Of a stretch of 64,000 nucleotides of DNA, positions 14,802-30,405 are shown one piece after another (the first letter of the stretch is position 1; every line of letters starts with the position of its first letter). The position numbers and the translations under genes are program-made. The stretch lies in assembly GCA_965153355.1 (NCBI GenBank), contig OZ231126.1, forward strand, positions 16,864,001-16,928,000, in the 5' to 3' direction. This DNA comes from Flaccisagitta enflata. Taxonomy: Eukaryota. The notes below the pieces were generated by a model. The model was not told the DNA's origin and ran no database searches. It saw only the letters and a program-made list of their open reading frames with translations.

Positions 14802-15030
14802 AGACGATACAGATCTTTTGTTTCTTTCGGGTTTCCCTGCTTGGGCGAAGCTTTAATTCAAATAGATTCGGGTTGAAATGTATAAGACCCAGCCCTCACC
14901 TAGCCCTAACCCTAACCCTAACCCTAAAACCACCCCCGACCCCAACCTTGACCCTAACCCTACTCCTAACCCTAAATAAAAAAAACGCTTAGAAAGTCAG
15001 TAAAACAAAAGACATCACCGACTTCGAAAA
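14802..15030 (+). repeat. Dispersed repeat carrying telomere-like (CCCTAA)n; inverted copy at about 57310-57540
   Basis: Shared unique flanks (gggcgaagctttaat..tagattcgggttgaaatgta; gcttagaaagt.agtaa.acaaaagacatca) around degenerate CCCTAA units. Confidence 0.8.
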
Positions 15031-16058
15031 CAGTACCCAACGCTTTAGCAACTTCATACTTTTTTGCTGTTTTTGGTCAGTGGCCCCTAAGAGATCAATG
15101 ACCTATGTCTTCACCAGGCCTGTATATAATTGAGTTTCCCCCCCCCCTGGTGGGGGGGGGAAATCAAAGGGTCCAGAGATGAGGAAAAACTAATTAGTAA
15201 AACACAATTTAACACTATTTAAACCTTAACTACACTGTTTTATAGCTTTATGGGGAAGAAAACGATAAATTGTAAAACGCGACGCGATGCGTCGCGGGGA
15301 AGAAAATCAAAGGCAGGGGGGGGGGGAAATCAAAAGCGACTCAATTATATACACCCCTGGTTTTCACACATGTGGGGAATTTTGTCATCCTTTAGCATAT
15401 CCCTCCTAAAATCCTAGTCTCTAGGCCCAAATTTTAGCCTTGAAGTGTAGATCCCAGTTTTGAGACCAAAATCCCAGCCTTCAGGCCCAAATCCTAGCCT
15501 CAAGGCCTAAATACTACCATGGGGGCCTAAATTTCAGCATTCAGGCCAAAATCTCAGCCTCCAGGCCATATCTAAGTCTCCAGGATAGGATTTGGGCCTC
15601 GAGACTGGGATTTGGGCTTTGAGGCTGGGATTTGGACCTCGAGACTGGGATTTGGGCTTTGAGGCTGGAATTTGGGCCTCGAGGCTGCAATTTGAGGGGG
15701 AGTACACTGAAGGAGAAGGAGAAAACTCCCCATGTGTGAAAGCATAGTTCATCGATCGTTACAGCGCCGCTGCCCTGTTTCCCCTTCAACAAGCACAACC
15801 TACTTAGGCAGGGCAGGAGTACCGCAGACCATTTAACGCTTTTGCGACTATTGAGCTTCTTATGCTCGCAGCTCCTGACTAGATACCTAAGTGAGTTTCT
15901 CTATTACTGCCCCTGCCACCCCACACGCGCCTGGGGTAGCCTTGTTTGGTTTCAAATCATTGGCAATGTGCTTTAACATGCTGTATTGAAAAATTTTTTT
16001 TTTCAAACTCAAGGTGTGTGTGCGCGCCTTCATGTGTGCGCTTGTTTGTGTGTTTTGT

Positions 16059-16150
<92 letters not shown>

Positions 16151-17214
16151 AAGTGTATGTGTGTGCGCATAGATGTGTGTGTGTGCTCATCTTGTAGATG
16201 TTTTGGTGTAGATTTTTCTGTTTTGTTACTTTTTTTTAAAAGAAATTCAATTTCCTCAGCAACCTCTTAACCAATTTGGATGAAATTCTAGTTAAACAAG
16301 GCCAGATACACAGCTACCCTAGTTGCGTGCAGGTGGGCAGGATCAGTGATGGAGAAGGTCACTGGAGCATTTGGGCAGGAGCCAAGAGCTCAAAACGCTC
16401 AAAAACGCCTCAAAAACCAACTGACCGGCTGACTGACCAACCAACTGACCGACTGACCAACCAACTGACCGACTGACCAACCAACCGACTGCCTGGGGTG
16501 TAGAGTCGCGTAGCACTCGACTAAAAGTACCATTTATGAACCTTTTTCCAACATTGTGACCCAACTAGAATATGAGCAATGATTTTCTGATGATTAAAAA
16601 GATTCAATCATTTTGACAAAACATGTCATTTCCATTCCTCTCACAAGATTTAAATTCGGTAAACAATTCTGTAGTCCTAGGGTATTTCTAAAAGACATAC
16701 CTTGTTTATACACTTAGTGTAACATTTTCTTTCAAGTGCTAAGGAATCTGATATCTACAGGCCATAATAACCATTGCAGAATATCAAGGGCTTTCGATTG
16801 ATACCCCATATTGCATATTTTAACTAATTTTCTAACATATTACGCGCTATATTGATTTTGGCGCCGTTCTAGCGAGGCTGTCACTTGTTTGGATTTAACT
16901 TTCGAGCTGATTGAAATCCGTTTGGCGATGAAAATTCGACTTGGAACATGCTGGGTACCCGTCCAAAATGAGCATGTCACATCACCCACCTAATACTTCA
17001 CCACAAAGACTCATTTAAGCCGTACATCACCACAACAGTAAAGGACGATGATCCTTTAATCTTCCTCAAAACTGCTAAGTGATGGTGATTTTTAAAACAA
17101 CGTGGCAACGTCGAGGGATGTGGGAAGGGGCAAGCGGTGGGTCGTTGTCTTTTCGGCGTGTCTCTGTCTGTCTGCCTGTCTGTCTGTCTGTCTGTCTCTG
17201 CCGGTGTGTCTGTC

Positions 17215-18290
<1,076 letters not shown>

Positions 18291-18632
18291 TCTCTCCCTC
18301 TCTCTCTCTCTCTCTCTTTCACTGGTCAATGGAACAAGTGACGCAGGGTCAAAATATCATTGCGGGCGGGTGGGCAGGGCCCTACAACCCCCATTCACAC
18401 CCTCGCCCACCCCAAACACACTCACACGCACGGACTATCACACAGCAGCGTCTAAAATACATGTTTTCACATTTTTCAACTCGAACACCGTGTACGTGTG
18501 TGTGTGTTTATATATGTGTGTGTGTGTGCGTGTACGTGTGTGTGTGCGTTTATATGTGTTTGTGTTTAATTGTGTGTGTGTGTGCATGTGCGTGTTTGTG
18601 TGCGTGTGCGTGTTTGTGTTTGTGTTTGTGTT

Positions 18633-18692
<60 letters not shown>

Positions 18693-18799
18693 TGGATGAG
18701 CGGGTGCCCTATATTATTCTTATGTCGTTTAGTTAATATCTATTGAGTGTTTGTGCATGGGTATTAGTGTTTGTGTTTGTGTTGTTGTGACTGATGGTA

Positions 18800-19000
18800 A
18801 GGCTACCTGGCGTTCTTTGTATCTCTTTCTTAGCGTTGGCACGTCTTTCTGCGCCTGAGTCACTATTGCACGGCGTTTCTCGTCACTTTTCGCCAAAAGC
18901 CAAACGTGAGTCTTGTTCATTGCAAAAAGAGTAAAGCTTTCGGCGGTCATTTGGCATGTACGTCATCAACATCTTCCAGTAGCCGAACATGCGCTCAACA
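18800..19000 (-). pseudogene. Frameshifted coding remnant, possibly a DNA-transposase C-terminus
   Basis: Two overlapping frames join as ERMFGYWKMLMTYMPN / TAESFTLFAMNKTHVWLLAKSDEKRRAIVTQAQKDVPTLRKRYKERQ. The ER.FG...PN...E....NKT..WL pattern recalls invertebrate transposase tails; family not identified. Confidence 0.4.
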
Positions 19001-19107
19001 AATATGATGACATTGAAGTATAGAACAGTATGAGAACAATAAAGAGAAAAAAAGCCACTAAAACCAACAACAACAACAAAAGCAACAACAACGACAACAA
19101 CAACATT

Positions 19108-19145
<38 letters not shown>

Positions 19146-19258
19146 CGACAACAACGACGACGACGACGACGACAACAACGATGACGACAACGACGACAAC
19201 AACAACGACGACAACAACGACGTCAACAATGACAACAACAACAACGTCAATAACAACG

Positions 19259-19298
<40 letters not shown>

Positions 19299-19791
19299 AA
19301 ATATACGAGCACAAACCACGAACTGTTCACTGGCGTTTTACGCGCAATTTCCATGACACTGTTTTGGTTGGCACTTTTAAAGAGATGCTTCCTCTTATTA
19401 TTTTCATCGCGTTGGCTCGGATGAAATCGGAAAAAAAATGAAACCAGATTTAGAATCAGCATGGTCAAAACTATATGTCCCCTTGAGTACAGCGGCGTAC
19501 AGGCCTTTTTACAAGCGCAAAAGTATCTTATTTCACAGTGAGTCTCATTTCGCTAAACCTCTCTTATTTTTACTCGCTGAAAAATGACATCCTGACTCTA
19601 TGGGCCCTTTCTACATAATACTAGACAAGCAAAATGATTAATTTTCCATTTTTTTATCATATTTTCATAGTCTGTTCGCTCGTTTAAAAAATCAGTCAAC
19701 TTTTTTTCCAACCTGATTACTCCGCAATCTGCCGTGCAAATGTTCCTACTTTAATAGTTAGCCGAGGTTTGAGGAACATGGCTAGCAAGCG

Positions 19792-20067
<276 letters not shown>

Positions 20068-20647
20068 TGAAAGAACAAGTAACACGGGGTAACAAAATTG
20101 TCGCGAACGGATGGGCAGGGGCGTACAATCCCCTTCCGCATTCCTTTACGCACTCCAACAACCGCAGCATCAAAAAAACAATTTATACACTGTTTTAGAC
20201 TTACACTCAAAAATTTTCCTAGGTCAGTCAGTAGCTCAATCTTTTGCATGGACCTGCTCAATGCTTTCAATATTGCACATTTCAAATTTCAAGGTTCTGG
20301 CTCAAATACTTTAGAAGTTATGAACATTTGTTTGAACCATATCAAGCGGAAAAAATTCCAGGAGAATCTTTAAACTTTCTTTTAAAATATGGCTGACACA
20401 AAAATTTTTAAAGTTTTTTTTTTTAAAGTAAAATTACAAGATTTTGGATCTAGGCGAATCAAGCAATTTCCTATCGATTGCACCCCACTTTTTTTTCAAA
20501 AAAATATCCTCATTAAGGGCTTTTTTGGGGGCCCCTAGGGGCCCCTAAGAAATTCAAAAATTTTGGTCAATGAGATGAACAGAGTTATGTGCATACGCCA
20601 AGGTATCTTTCAGGACCAAATTCATGCAGATTAGTTCTAGCTAGAGC

Positions 20648-23115
20648 CTGAGGCGGATCAACATATATGCTTCAAATGCTTAAGCATAGGGCCCCGCGCC
20701 TCAGGGGGCTCCGCGCATGCAATCCCCCCTCCCTTGAAAAAAAAAAGAAAAAAATATAAAGAAAGAAAGAAAAAAAAGAAGAAGGAAGAAGAAAAAAGTG
20801 AGGAAGAAAAAAAGAAAAAAAGACAGAAAAAGAGAAAGGTAATGTGAGAAAACTGCTGAAACCAGATTTACTCATCTTGTAGATTTTTTAAGATTAAAAA
20901 TTTGGATCAATTTGGTTGTTTTTTTTTTTTAATCCATTGCATATGACGCACTGAAATTAAAGTAAAAGGAATTTACCCAGAGGATAAAGTTACCATTCAC
21001 TTTACTATTTTTGCTCAGGTCAATGCTTGTGCTTATTTTTTTGTACTTAAATGTGTAAACTTACATGAGAAAACCGATCTGTCACTGTCAAATGACAGAC
21101 ATGCTAAAAGATTGAAGGAAATTCGATTCTGATGACGCTAAAAAGTGAAAAAAATAGCGACAATCATTTCAGTAACTGCTCACTGAAAATTTTAAATTTG
21201 CATAAAAAATCCAAATATCATCAAAATAAGAACATAGCGCCCTCAGTTTATGTTTTAGGAATCGCGCTATGTTCTTGTTTTGTTGATATTTTGATTTTCT
21301 ATGCAAAATTAAAATTTTCAATGAGCTATGGTAGATTGACAAAAGTAGTTTTCTATCGTATTTCGCATATTTTTTCAGCTGTAAGATAAAGGATTGGGGT
21401 TTAAAACTGGCATACGCAAGTCAATTCATGCAAAATATGGCTGTTGACAGTTTAATCGAAAACATAAAAGCAAAAATTATCATTAAATTTCATTTTACAA
21501 ATTTCATGACTTATCTAGCTCGGGTAGCAAATTCTATGGTAATTTTCAGTGCGTCATATGACGTCAAATCTGCCTGGGAAAAATGAAGTGCTTCATCCCA
21601 CTTTTGCATCAATAATGGACTAATTATCCATCCACAGATGTTTTCATTGCTCAAGTTGTCACTGAATACACTTGTTATGTGTGTCTGTTTCATATTTTAT
21701 GCTTTAAGTTGCCTTTTGATAAGCAATTCTCACGGAAAATGGCAAGAAAAAGAAGATTTTTAGTGAAATTTTGTTAACATTTTTTTCTATTTTCTGAAGT
21801 CGAAATTATAACAAAGCCACAACCAGAAAAATTTTGCATTTTCAAAAACATAGTTCTCTCTAAAAACGATTTGGGAAGAGAACTATGTTTTTTGTTTTTT
21901 CATTTTTTCATTTTCTATGCAAGCTTATGATTTCGACCAACCCCTTGTCAGTAACCACGGACGATCCAGGTCTTACAAACTAGATACGATCTACTGCACG
22001 ATCAAAGTGATTCTCGTCTCCAATAGATACGAGAAGAGATAGCTATAAATCGATTATTAGATATAGCTAGATATCGATTTGCGATACGATTCAACATTTT
22101 TTTTATAGTCAATGTATTATTGATAAATGTTTACCATGTAACCATTTCTTAAATAAGGCGTGTGTGTGTGGAGAAATCTATTTTTGAAATCGTTTTTATT
22201 CCAATGGAAAGATCTTAGATAAAAATTGGAAAATTTTTGAATTTGAGACAGTAAATGTTTAAAGGAAACCAGTCGGTATGAAACTGTTTTTTTTTTTATT
22301 TCAGACATGAATAATTCGTCCATGGCATGAATGAATATTGAATGAAAGACATTATAAATGTAAGAAAGCATGAGAGAGAAAATGGGATTTATTGGAAGGA
22401 CCAAAAGGACGATATGGATGGGGTTACCATCCCTACACCCTACTTACAGCAATTCTATTTACATGGTTCAGACTTCCTTCGAGCGGATACTAATTTGCAT
22501 ATAGATAGAATCAAGAAAACGTGAGGCATAATGGCTAGTTTCTGAAGGAAGCATATTTTTCCTTCGTTTGTTTGTTCGTCATTCAAAATCTGTCTTTTCC
22601 GGGTCAGTCATAAACCAATCGCAAAGCGAGGCGTGTTTATCATTTTTTACCGAAATTCTCATAATTAAGTCTCACTTTAGGCCTTTGTTTGCTAATCATT
22701 CTTGATACAATAGGAGAGGCCAAGTAGTTAAACTTTTCCCAAAGAATCAGTCCTTTCTGGATCAGCAAAATCTAGTAATAGATAAAGTAATAAAGTAATA
22801 TGATGAAGTAATAAATCGCAATTCCCAATTGGGCTTTTTGGTGCATACTACTTTGGACAGCAGATCTACGTATTGATACGTACAAAGAAATGAGAAAAAT
22901 TATGAATCAACTAGAAATATTAAAGGAGAGTTCAACATGTGAGAAGGTTGATAAATAGGCAGATTTACGTATTGATACGTACAACTAACAGAAAATTTAC
23001 AAATGTGCAAGAAATACTAGAAGGAACCTTAACCTAGGAAAAGGTGAATTAATAGGATAAGTCACTACCCTCCCTCCTTGAAGGACCGACTCTTTGGGAT
23101 TGACTTTGGCCGTGG

Positions 23116-23212
<97 letters not shown>

Positions 23213-24136
23213 TTGTCAGCAGTTGGTATGCAGTAGTGGTGTAGTTGTTTTCGTCTGACTCATCCCCCGCAGATCCTTACCCAAAGTAGTCTATGTAAAT
23301 AGTACTGAAGTTGGGGGGATCTGGCTAAGAATAGAACTAGCAAGGAGATAAGACAGTTGTCATTGTGAGAGAGACTGAAAGAGAGAGGCAGACAGAGTCA
23401 AATTTATTACGTTGTTAGCAGTTTGTATGCAGTAGTAGTAGTAGTAGTAGTAGAGGCTCCTAGCCATGTGAATGGACCTAGGAGTCGTTTTTTGTCTGAC
23501 TCATCCCCCGCAGATCCTTACCCAACGTAGTCTATGTAAATAGTACTGTAGTTGGGGGGATCTGGCTAAGAATCTAACTAGCAGGGAGATAAGGCAGTTG
23601 TTATTGTGCCTAGGCGTCAAAATTTTAAGTAGGATGAGTCACAGATGATTTTGAGTAGGAGATGGAGGAAGATTTGGTGGGCGCTGTGCAGGCAGGATAA
23701 CATCTAGAGGGCTGCGGTGGGACCGATAGATGACTTTTTGATCCTTTGATGTACTTGCGCGAACTAGCTGTATCACTTCTGCCTCTCTTTCACTGATCAA
23801 TTTGCCCAAAACTGGGTTCCCAACCTTCATCTTGGTCACCATTTTGGAGCTCAGCTGCAACAGACGGACCTTTATCATGGGCAGACAGGCACTTTCATGT
23901 AATATCTTCAGGCTGACATATCTGGGCAGACGGAGGCAGGTACGGATGGCCCGATTTTGAATTTTCTGCATTATGTCAAGTGTACTTTCTGGGGAATGGA
24001 CAAAACAGACAGACCCATATTCAAAGATTGACCTGATATGCATGAGCATGAGCCAGTCATTCAACCTCTTTTGTCTGCCCTTTTACTGTTACCAATTTTG
24101 GGTGATTGCCCACCCAAATCTGACTGAAAGAATCGA

Positions 24137-24220
<84 letters not shown>

Positions 24221-25116
24221 GATTTCTTACCCCATGCTCCATTCACACTTCATTTTTTCTCTCCATTGTCTCTCCTCGACCTTTCCCTCTCTTCTCCTTA
24301 CTAATCCCCTGTCTGTCTCTGTCTGTCTGTCTGTCTCGTCGGTCTGTCTCGGTGTTGCACACCGGATATCGGTTCACGATGCAGGAAGGAGTCTCGGTCA
24401 GTCTGTCCGATGCGGGTCGATTTTTGCGGAGATTACTTGTCAGTGACAAAAAAGAAATTTGTAGAAATTTTCAGTAAATCTTCTTCCTTATCATAAGCTA
24501 AATTTGAGTCTCTTGCTGAGTGAATGCAAATTTTGCTTTGGAATATCATGCATGTCTTATCTCAATCACTTATATTCACCTGTTTTTCTATTTCAACTCA
24601 TGTATGTTTTCTATTTTGTCCCATTTTGATACCCTAAATGTTGGCTTCGTGGGCACGCTGTCTTATCTAGAAGCTGTTAGTTTCTAAGATAAAGCTGCAT
24701 TTTATTTTTTTACATTAAAAATAATAGACTTCATGAAGTAGCTTTTTACAAAATTTCTCTAAAAGCTAAGATATCCTTGGTTAAAGGTAAATTTTTCATA
24801 AATGGTATTCGGGCTTGAATTGGTTTCTATGGGGTTCAACATAAGAAAATAATCTTATGCCTGATATTTCTGATCTTAGGTTTAAGGCTATAACTAAAAA
24901 AAACAGGTTGTAGCTTATAAGAGAAATAGAGAGAGAAAAAAAATGTATGATAAAAAAAAAAGAAATTATAAAAAAAAAAAGGATGAGAGAGAATGAAACC
25001 GGGGATGAATTGATGTGAAATTCACATGGAAGGTATAGCTAGAGTGTGGGGGTGAGAAGGGGGGCCCCGCGCCCATGGTTAAGCATAAGGCCCCGCACCT
25101 TGTTGATCCGCCTCAG
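20648..25116. mobile_element. hAT-like non-autonomous element carrying nested insertions
   Basis: TIR CTGAGGCGGATCAACA...TGTTGATCCGCCTCAG; 8-bp TSD GCTAGAGC, present once at the empty site in the paralogous host (about 40247-40254). Confidence 0.85.
23205..24050 (-). mobile_element. 5'-truncated LINE fragment (RT thumb and C-terminus, Jockey/I-group-like) with a duplicated 3' UTR
   Basis: IRSIFEYGSVCF...MQKIQNRAIRTCLRLPRYVS..ILHESACLP matches the IRP.LEY / LQ.IQN.ALR pattern; stop at 23639; (CTA)n tract; UTR segment 23409-23608 repeated at 23209-23368. Confidence 0.78.
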
Positions 25117-25626
25117 GCTAGAGCCCATGCCTTTACTACCTTCAGACCGGCCGCATATAAAATAGAAATAGGAAAATTCACAAGGACTCAGATTTAGGAT
25201 CTGAGGTCAATATCTAACTGTTTCAAAATAATCATCTCAGACCCATGACGGACCAACGGATTGACAAACCCTCTCACGGACTCGCGAGTCTGCGATTGAA
25301 AAGTAAGAGGAAGAAAGAAGAAATTCAACAGCAAAGAAGAGAGCAAAGCCCTGGATTTCCCACATGAGGTGAGACGCACAGTTAATTAAAATTCTCAGAT
25401 TCGTGTTGAGGAAAGAAAAATATTCTTTCCCATTTCTGTGTGACAAGACATGAGGGCAAGACACGTTCAACAGATGCGTCCTTTTGAGAATATAGATAAA
25501 ACAAGAGCAGAGAAATGAATCATTCTCATCATCATCATCACAAATCATTCTCATCATCATTCTCATCATAATTGATCAATCTCATTATCACTCTGATTAT
25601 CGTTCTCATCATCATTCTTATCATCA

Positions 25627-26423
25627 TCGAGAAAAGTCAGTCTTCAACTTATTGACATATTCCAGAGAAACAGGGTTCTATTTTCTGATGAGGAAGTTAC
25701 GGCTCTCGATGGACCGATTGCACCCTTGGACGAAATTGATAGAGTGAGTGAATTTGATAATTCTCTTTCATTTGGTGCCAAGCAGAAGTCTCTAGGACAA
25801 ATATTTTTCGAGTTATGATTTTTAAAGATTTTAGGTGCGACAAAGCACCTCTATAACTGGCTGTGTCCGTTGGTTGGTCGGGTAACGCATTCCTTCGACG
25901 ATCCACACGTCGCACCTTATTGGCCTACTTGGCCTTGTTTTACGATAAATCCAAATTGAATTTTTTAAAAATTTTTTTATGATTTCAAGTACGATCAATA
26001 AAGGAGTGTATCTACGTTTGTTTGAGCATGCAAATACAAGAAAGCATGTAAGTGAGCAATGAGCATAGCTGCTAATCTGTGCGGGTGTTTTTGAGTATTT
26101 TAGCTCATTTAGCTCATTTCGCTCATTTTTTTTTCTGATTTACAATAGGATAAATAAATGCTTTGATGTAAGCATGCGAATACAAGAAAGCATATCAGTG
26201 AGCATAGTTGGTCATCTGGTTGAGTAATTTCGAGTATTTTAGCTCATCTAGCTCATTTGGCTCAGTCCTATTTTTCTCTGATTTTCATAGAAATCAATAC
26301 ATACAATGGCTCTTGATTTGATCTAACAAATAAAAAAAAATTGCAGTGACTAAAGACAAAAACTTGTGAAAAATGACCAATGCTTACGACTTTTTTCCAC
26401 ACGGCAACAGCCGCCATTACTGG
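25627..26423 (+). mobile_element. Non-autonomous Helitron-like element, copy 1 (family D insert at 25829-25940)
   Basis: A|TC start; 3' hairpin GGCAACAGCCGCC then CTGG|T; homologous to 44930-45763. Confidence 0.7.
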
Positions 26424-28633
26424 TAATCATCAATTCATCATCATAAGGATCATCATCATGATCATCATCGATCATCATGGTCATCATCATTATAAATCAT
26501 TCTCATCATCATTATAAATCATTCTCATCATCTTTTTCATCATCATTCTCATCATCATTCTCATCATCTTTTTCATCATCATTCTCATCATCATTCGTAT
26601 CATCATTCTCATCATCATCCTCACCATCGTCCCCTATACCTCAAATTGATCCACCTTCCATCATCACGCTGGTCCTAATGCACCCCCTAACTGTGAACTA
26701 TTGAAGAGTGTTGCACCTTAGCATATTGTGCATTTGAAAGAGTTTAAGCGACTCTTTTCAGTCGCGTGCAACGCGACTCTACATCCTGCTTTGTCGGTCC
26801 ATCTGTCGGTCCGTCACACTTTACTTTTTTTTTCGGTTTTTGGTCTTACTGCTCCTGCCCAAATGACAGTGTGACCTCAAATAAGGCCCCTGCCCAACTG
26901 CACGCGACTAGGGTGCCCGTGTATCCGGCCTTGTTTAAACCTGGACCTAAATGGTATTTGTAGCTTTACTCGTTCAGAAGCCACATTCTTCCAAGAAAAC
27001 GCGTCTTTTCATATCGGCTTTTTTTTCCTCCCAAGTTAGCTCAAGCCCGTTCTCCCATAACTGTATCTACCACCTTCCACCATTGTCATCATATGCAGCA
27101 AATACTGCGTGACTCTGAATATCAATTTGTTAATGTTGTAAGCGCGCCATTGCAGTCCCTTTCCTCGCTTTTATTGTGTTCGCTATGACAATAAAGGATT
27201 TTCCGACCAAGTGAAGGAAAAGAAACGAGTGGGTGAGACGTAAGAGACGTTTTGGTTCCACAATGTTATGAGATGTCTAATGATGCTTGGTATTTCGGTG
27301 CCTTTGTTACATGTTATTTGGGCAGCGGCCCTGAAGGGACTCCAATCCCAGCCTCCTGTGGGATACATCCAAGCCTCAATGCTAAAATCCTAAATTTGAG
27401 GCACACATCCTTGCCAGGGGCGTAGGAGAGTTAGATTTTTAGGTCATGCCACCCTTGGGTGCTTCACATAGCAAAAGTTGTTTATTTCTTCTCGCCCTCT
27501 TTATCTATTGTGAAGTGGCCAACTTTATGACCGTTACCATTTTTAGTCGCGGACACGTGACTCTACACCTTGCCGTGTCGGTCGGTCCGTCCGTCCGTCA
27601 CAAATATTTCTAAACTTGCGATCGTTCTTTGAATTACCGCTCCTGCCAAACCGTCCGCGACTGGATTGCCGTGTATCCGGCCTTGTTCTTTTATCAAAAA
27701 TCATTCATCTTCCGTTTATTAGGAAATAGTTTTTGAGGGTTTTTGCATAATGCAGTGGGATAAAACAATATGCTGATATTGTTTGAATTAACTTTTACAA
27801 ATTTCTTTTTTTTTTGAGAATTACAATTCTGCCTTTTCATTAGCTTTTTCATAGCTTATGTTCTAAGATTTTAGTTTATTTTTTACAAGCATCATGATTT
27901 TCTTAAACAAATAATTGTCCTTTTTGTAACAAAACTACACAGGATTTTTCAGAATATGAGAAAATCTGTGGAAACTTTAAGGCCAAAACAAAAACAGAAT
28001 ATGAAGGAATTTTGAAAAAAGGAAAATGGTCATCTTTATGATTTTTGCATCTCCACATTACATAAGCAGGGTGAAGGGATACTCCCAACTTTTTGCTATG
28101 CAAAGCACGCAAATGCCACCCCCTGATTAGTGTCGGACAAATTTAGTGTCCCAACAGAAATTATCTTGTGGTTTTTGTCATAAACGGTAAAAAACAGTAA
28201 TTATGCGATACTTTTGCTTGCTTCATGAATTGTGTTTGGTGAAGAGACATTTTTTAGAAACTTTTGATTGCTTCATCAATTTTTTCAATGAACAAATATT
28301 TCATGATAATGTTTGAAATGATGAAATTACAGTTCTTGTAATACAGTTACACATCCCCCTCACTCCAGTTAAGGGAAAAATCAAAGGGTTTGATAATGGA
28401 GAAGAAAATCAAAGGGCAGAAAAAAAATGAAATTGATTTTTGGCGGTACTATAAAGCAATATTTAGTTACTACAATACCTTTCAATACCAGCTAAACCAA
28501 GTCATTTCTGTAAAAATGGTATATGGTAAAAAAAATTTAATTTAAGTGGCGACAAAAATCTCAGGGGAAAATCAAGGCTTGTGCAACTATACACCAATGG
28601 ATGAAAATTTGTCACAAAGAAGATTTTTTTCTT

Positions 28634-28724
<91 letters not shown>

Positions 28725-30141
28725 CCTCTATTTTTTTTCTTTTTTTTTCTTTTTTTTCCCCTTTTTTTCCCTTTTCTTTCTTTTCTCCTCCTTCCTTTTC
28801 TTCTTCTTCTTCCCTCTCCTTCCCTTTCCCTTCTTTCTCTTTTTTTAAAAAGAGATTGGTGTCCCGACAACTTTAGTGTCCCGACAACAGGGCATGCCCT
28901 TGTCCTATGCGTCTGATCCTTGCTATGAGGCTCAAATCTCTGACTGGAGGGTCAAATCACAGGCCAAAGGCTTAAATCTCAGCCTCAAGTCTAACAGGTC
29001 GCCCAAGGGCAATATGTGGTCAGCGATACCCGTTGCCCTGCTTTCAATGATTGTGTAGGGGAAGCAGGGCAGCGGCCCCGAAGGGGACGAAGTCCTGTAG
29101 AACACAGGGAGACTTTTGTTCGTCCGTTCGTTTGTTTGGGCCAAATAAGGGTCTAAGAGGGCTGATGTTAGGCCTGAGGCAGCCAATTAGAGGCCTGGAA
29201 AGGCTGATTTGAGGCTTGAGAGAGCTGAGTTAAGGCTTGAAAGGCCATGAAGGACTGATCTTAAGCCTGAGAGCACTAATATGAGGCTAAGAAGGCTGAT
29301 TTGCTTGACGGGCCGGATTTGAGGCTTTTGAGGCTGGATTTGAGTCCTTAGAGGCCAAATTTGAGTCCTGTCAGACTGGATTTGAGGCCTGACAGGCCAG
29401 ATTTGAGGCCTGACAGGCCAGATTTGAGGCCTGACAAGCCAGATTTGAGGCCTGATAGGCCAGATTTGAGGCCTGACAAGCCGGATTTGAGGCCTGACAG
29501 GCCAGATTTGAGGCCTGACAAGCCGGATTTGAGGCCTGACAAGCCAGATTTGAGGGCTGATAGGCTTGACTGGCTGGTGGGGGGGGACGGATAAACAAAC
29601 GAACAAAAGTCCCCCTGTGTTCTACAGGACTTCGTCCCCTTCGGGGCCGCTGCCCAAAAACCCAGTATTCAGGCTGAAATCTTAGCCTTCAGGTCCAAAA
29701 TCCAGCCTGTAGGCCCAAAACCAAGCCTCAAGGCCGAAACCCTGACCTAAGAGCTCAAATTTTGGCTTTGAGGTCCAAAGACTCTCAGTTCACTGGATTC
29801 TCCATGAGCTTATGCTTAGGTCATCAGTCCCTAAGGACCCGAAGCCCCTCTTACTATCTTATCTCGACATATACTTATGAAAAGGCATAGGGTACCGCTG
29901 ACCATCTAACGCTTTCGCGACTATCAGTTGTGAAACTTGCATGTGACTGTTGAGTCATTATGTTGGGTGTGTAGATACGATTGTCGATTCATATGTCAGT
30001 TGTTATCACTAGAGCCGTGCGAGGAAATCGATAAGTGATATTGTGTGCCAATTATTAACTACTAATCGTTAGCAGGTTTTGCCTTCTTAAAACCGCCATA
30101 GATCGGTTACCAAACTTTTTCAACTAATATATGTGTAACTG

Positions 30142-30343
<202 letters not shown>

Positions 30344-30405
30344 CCTCTGTCTGGCTTACTACGCGACTTAACAATAGCGTTCTCTCTCTCTCTCTTCCAT
30401 CTCTA

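Larger units (their letters stand above)
20196..25216. mobile_element. TAGA...TCTA element, interrupted; intact 544-bp copy at 39803-40346
   Basis: 20196-20647 plus 25117-25216 match 39803-40346; 7-bp flanking duplication ACTGTTT (20189-20195 and 25217-25223). Confidence 0.8.

Noticed and set aside
14900-14975. True telomere or chromosome-fusion scar
   Set aside because: Short, degenerate and embedded in a dispersed repeat present twice.
21129-21155. Hammerhead-like CTGATGA...GAAA
   Set aside because: Stem II does not close correctly and stems I and III were not found.
29187-29606. Heptad-repeat ORFs or a CRISPR-like array
   Set aside because: Head-to-tail 21-bp repeats without unique spacers; no cas genes; eukaryotic context.
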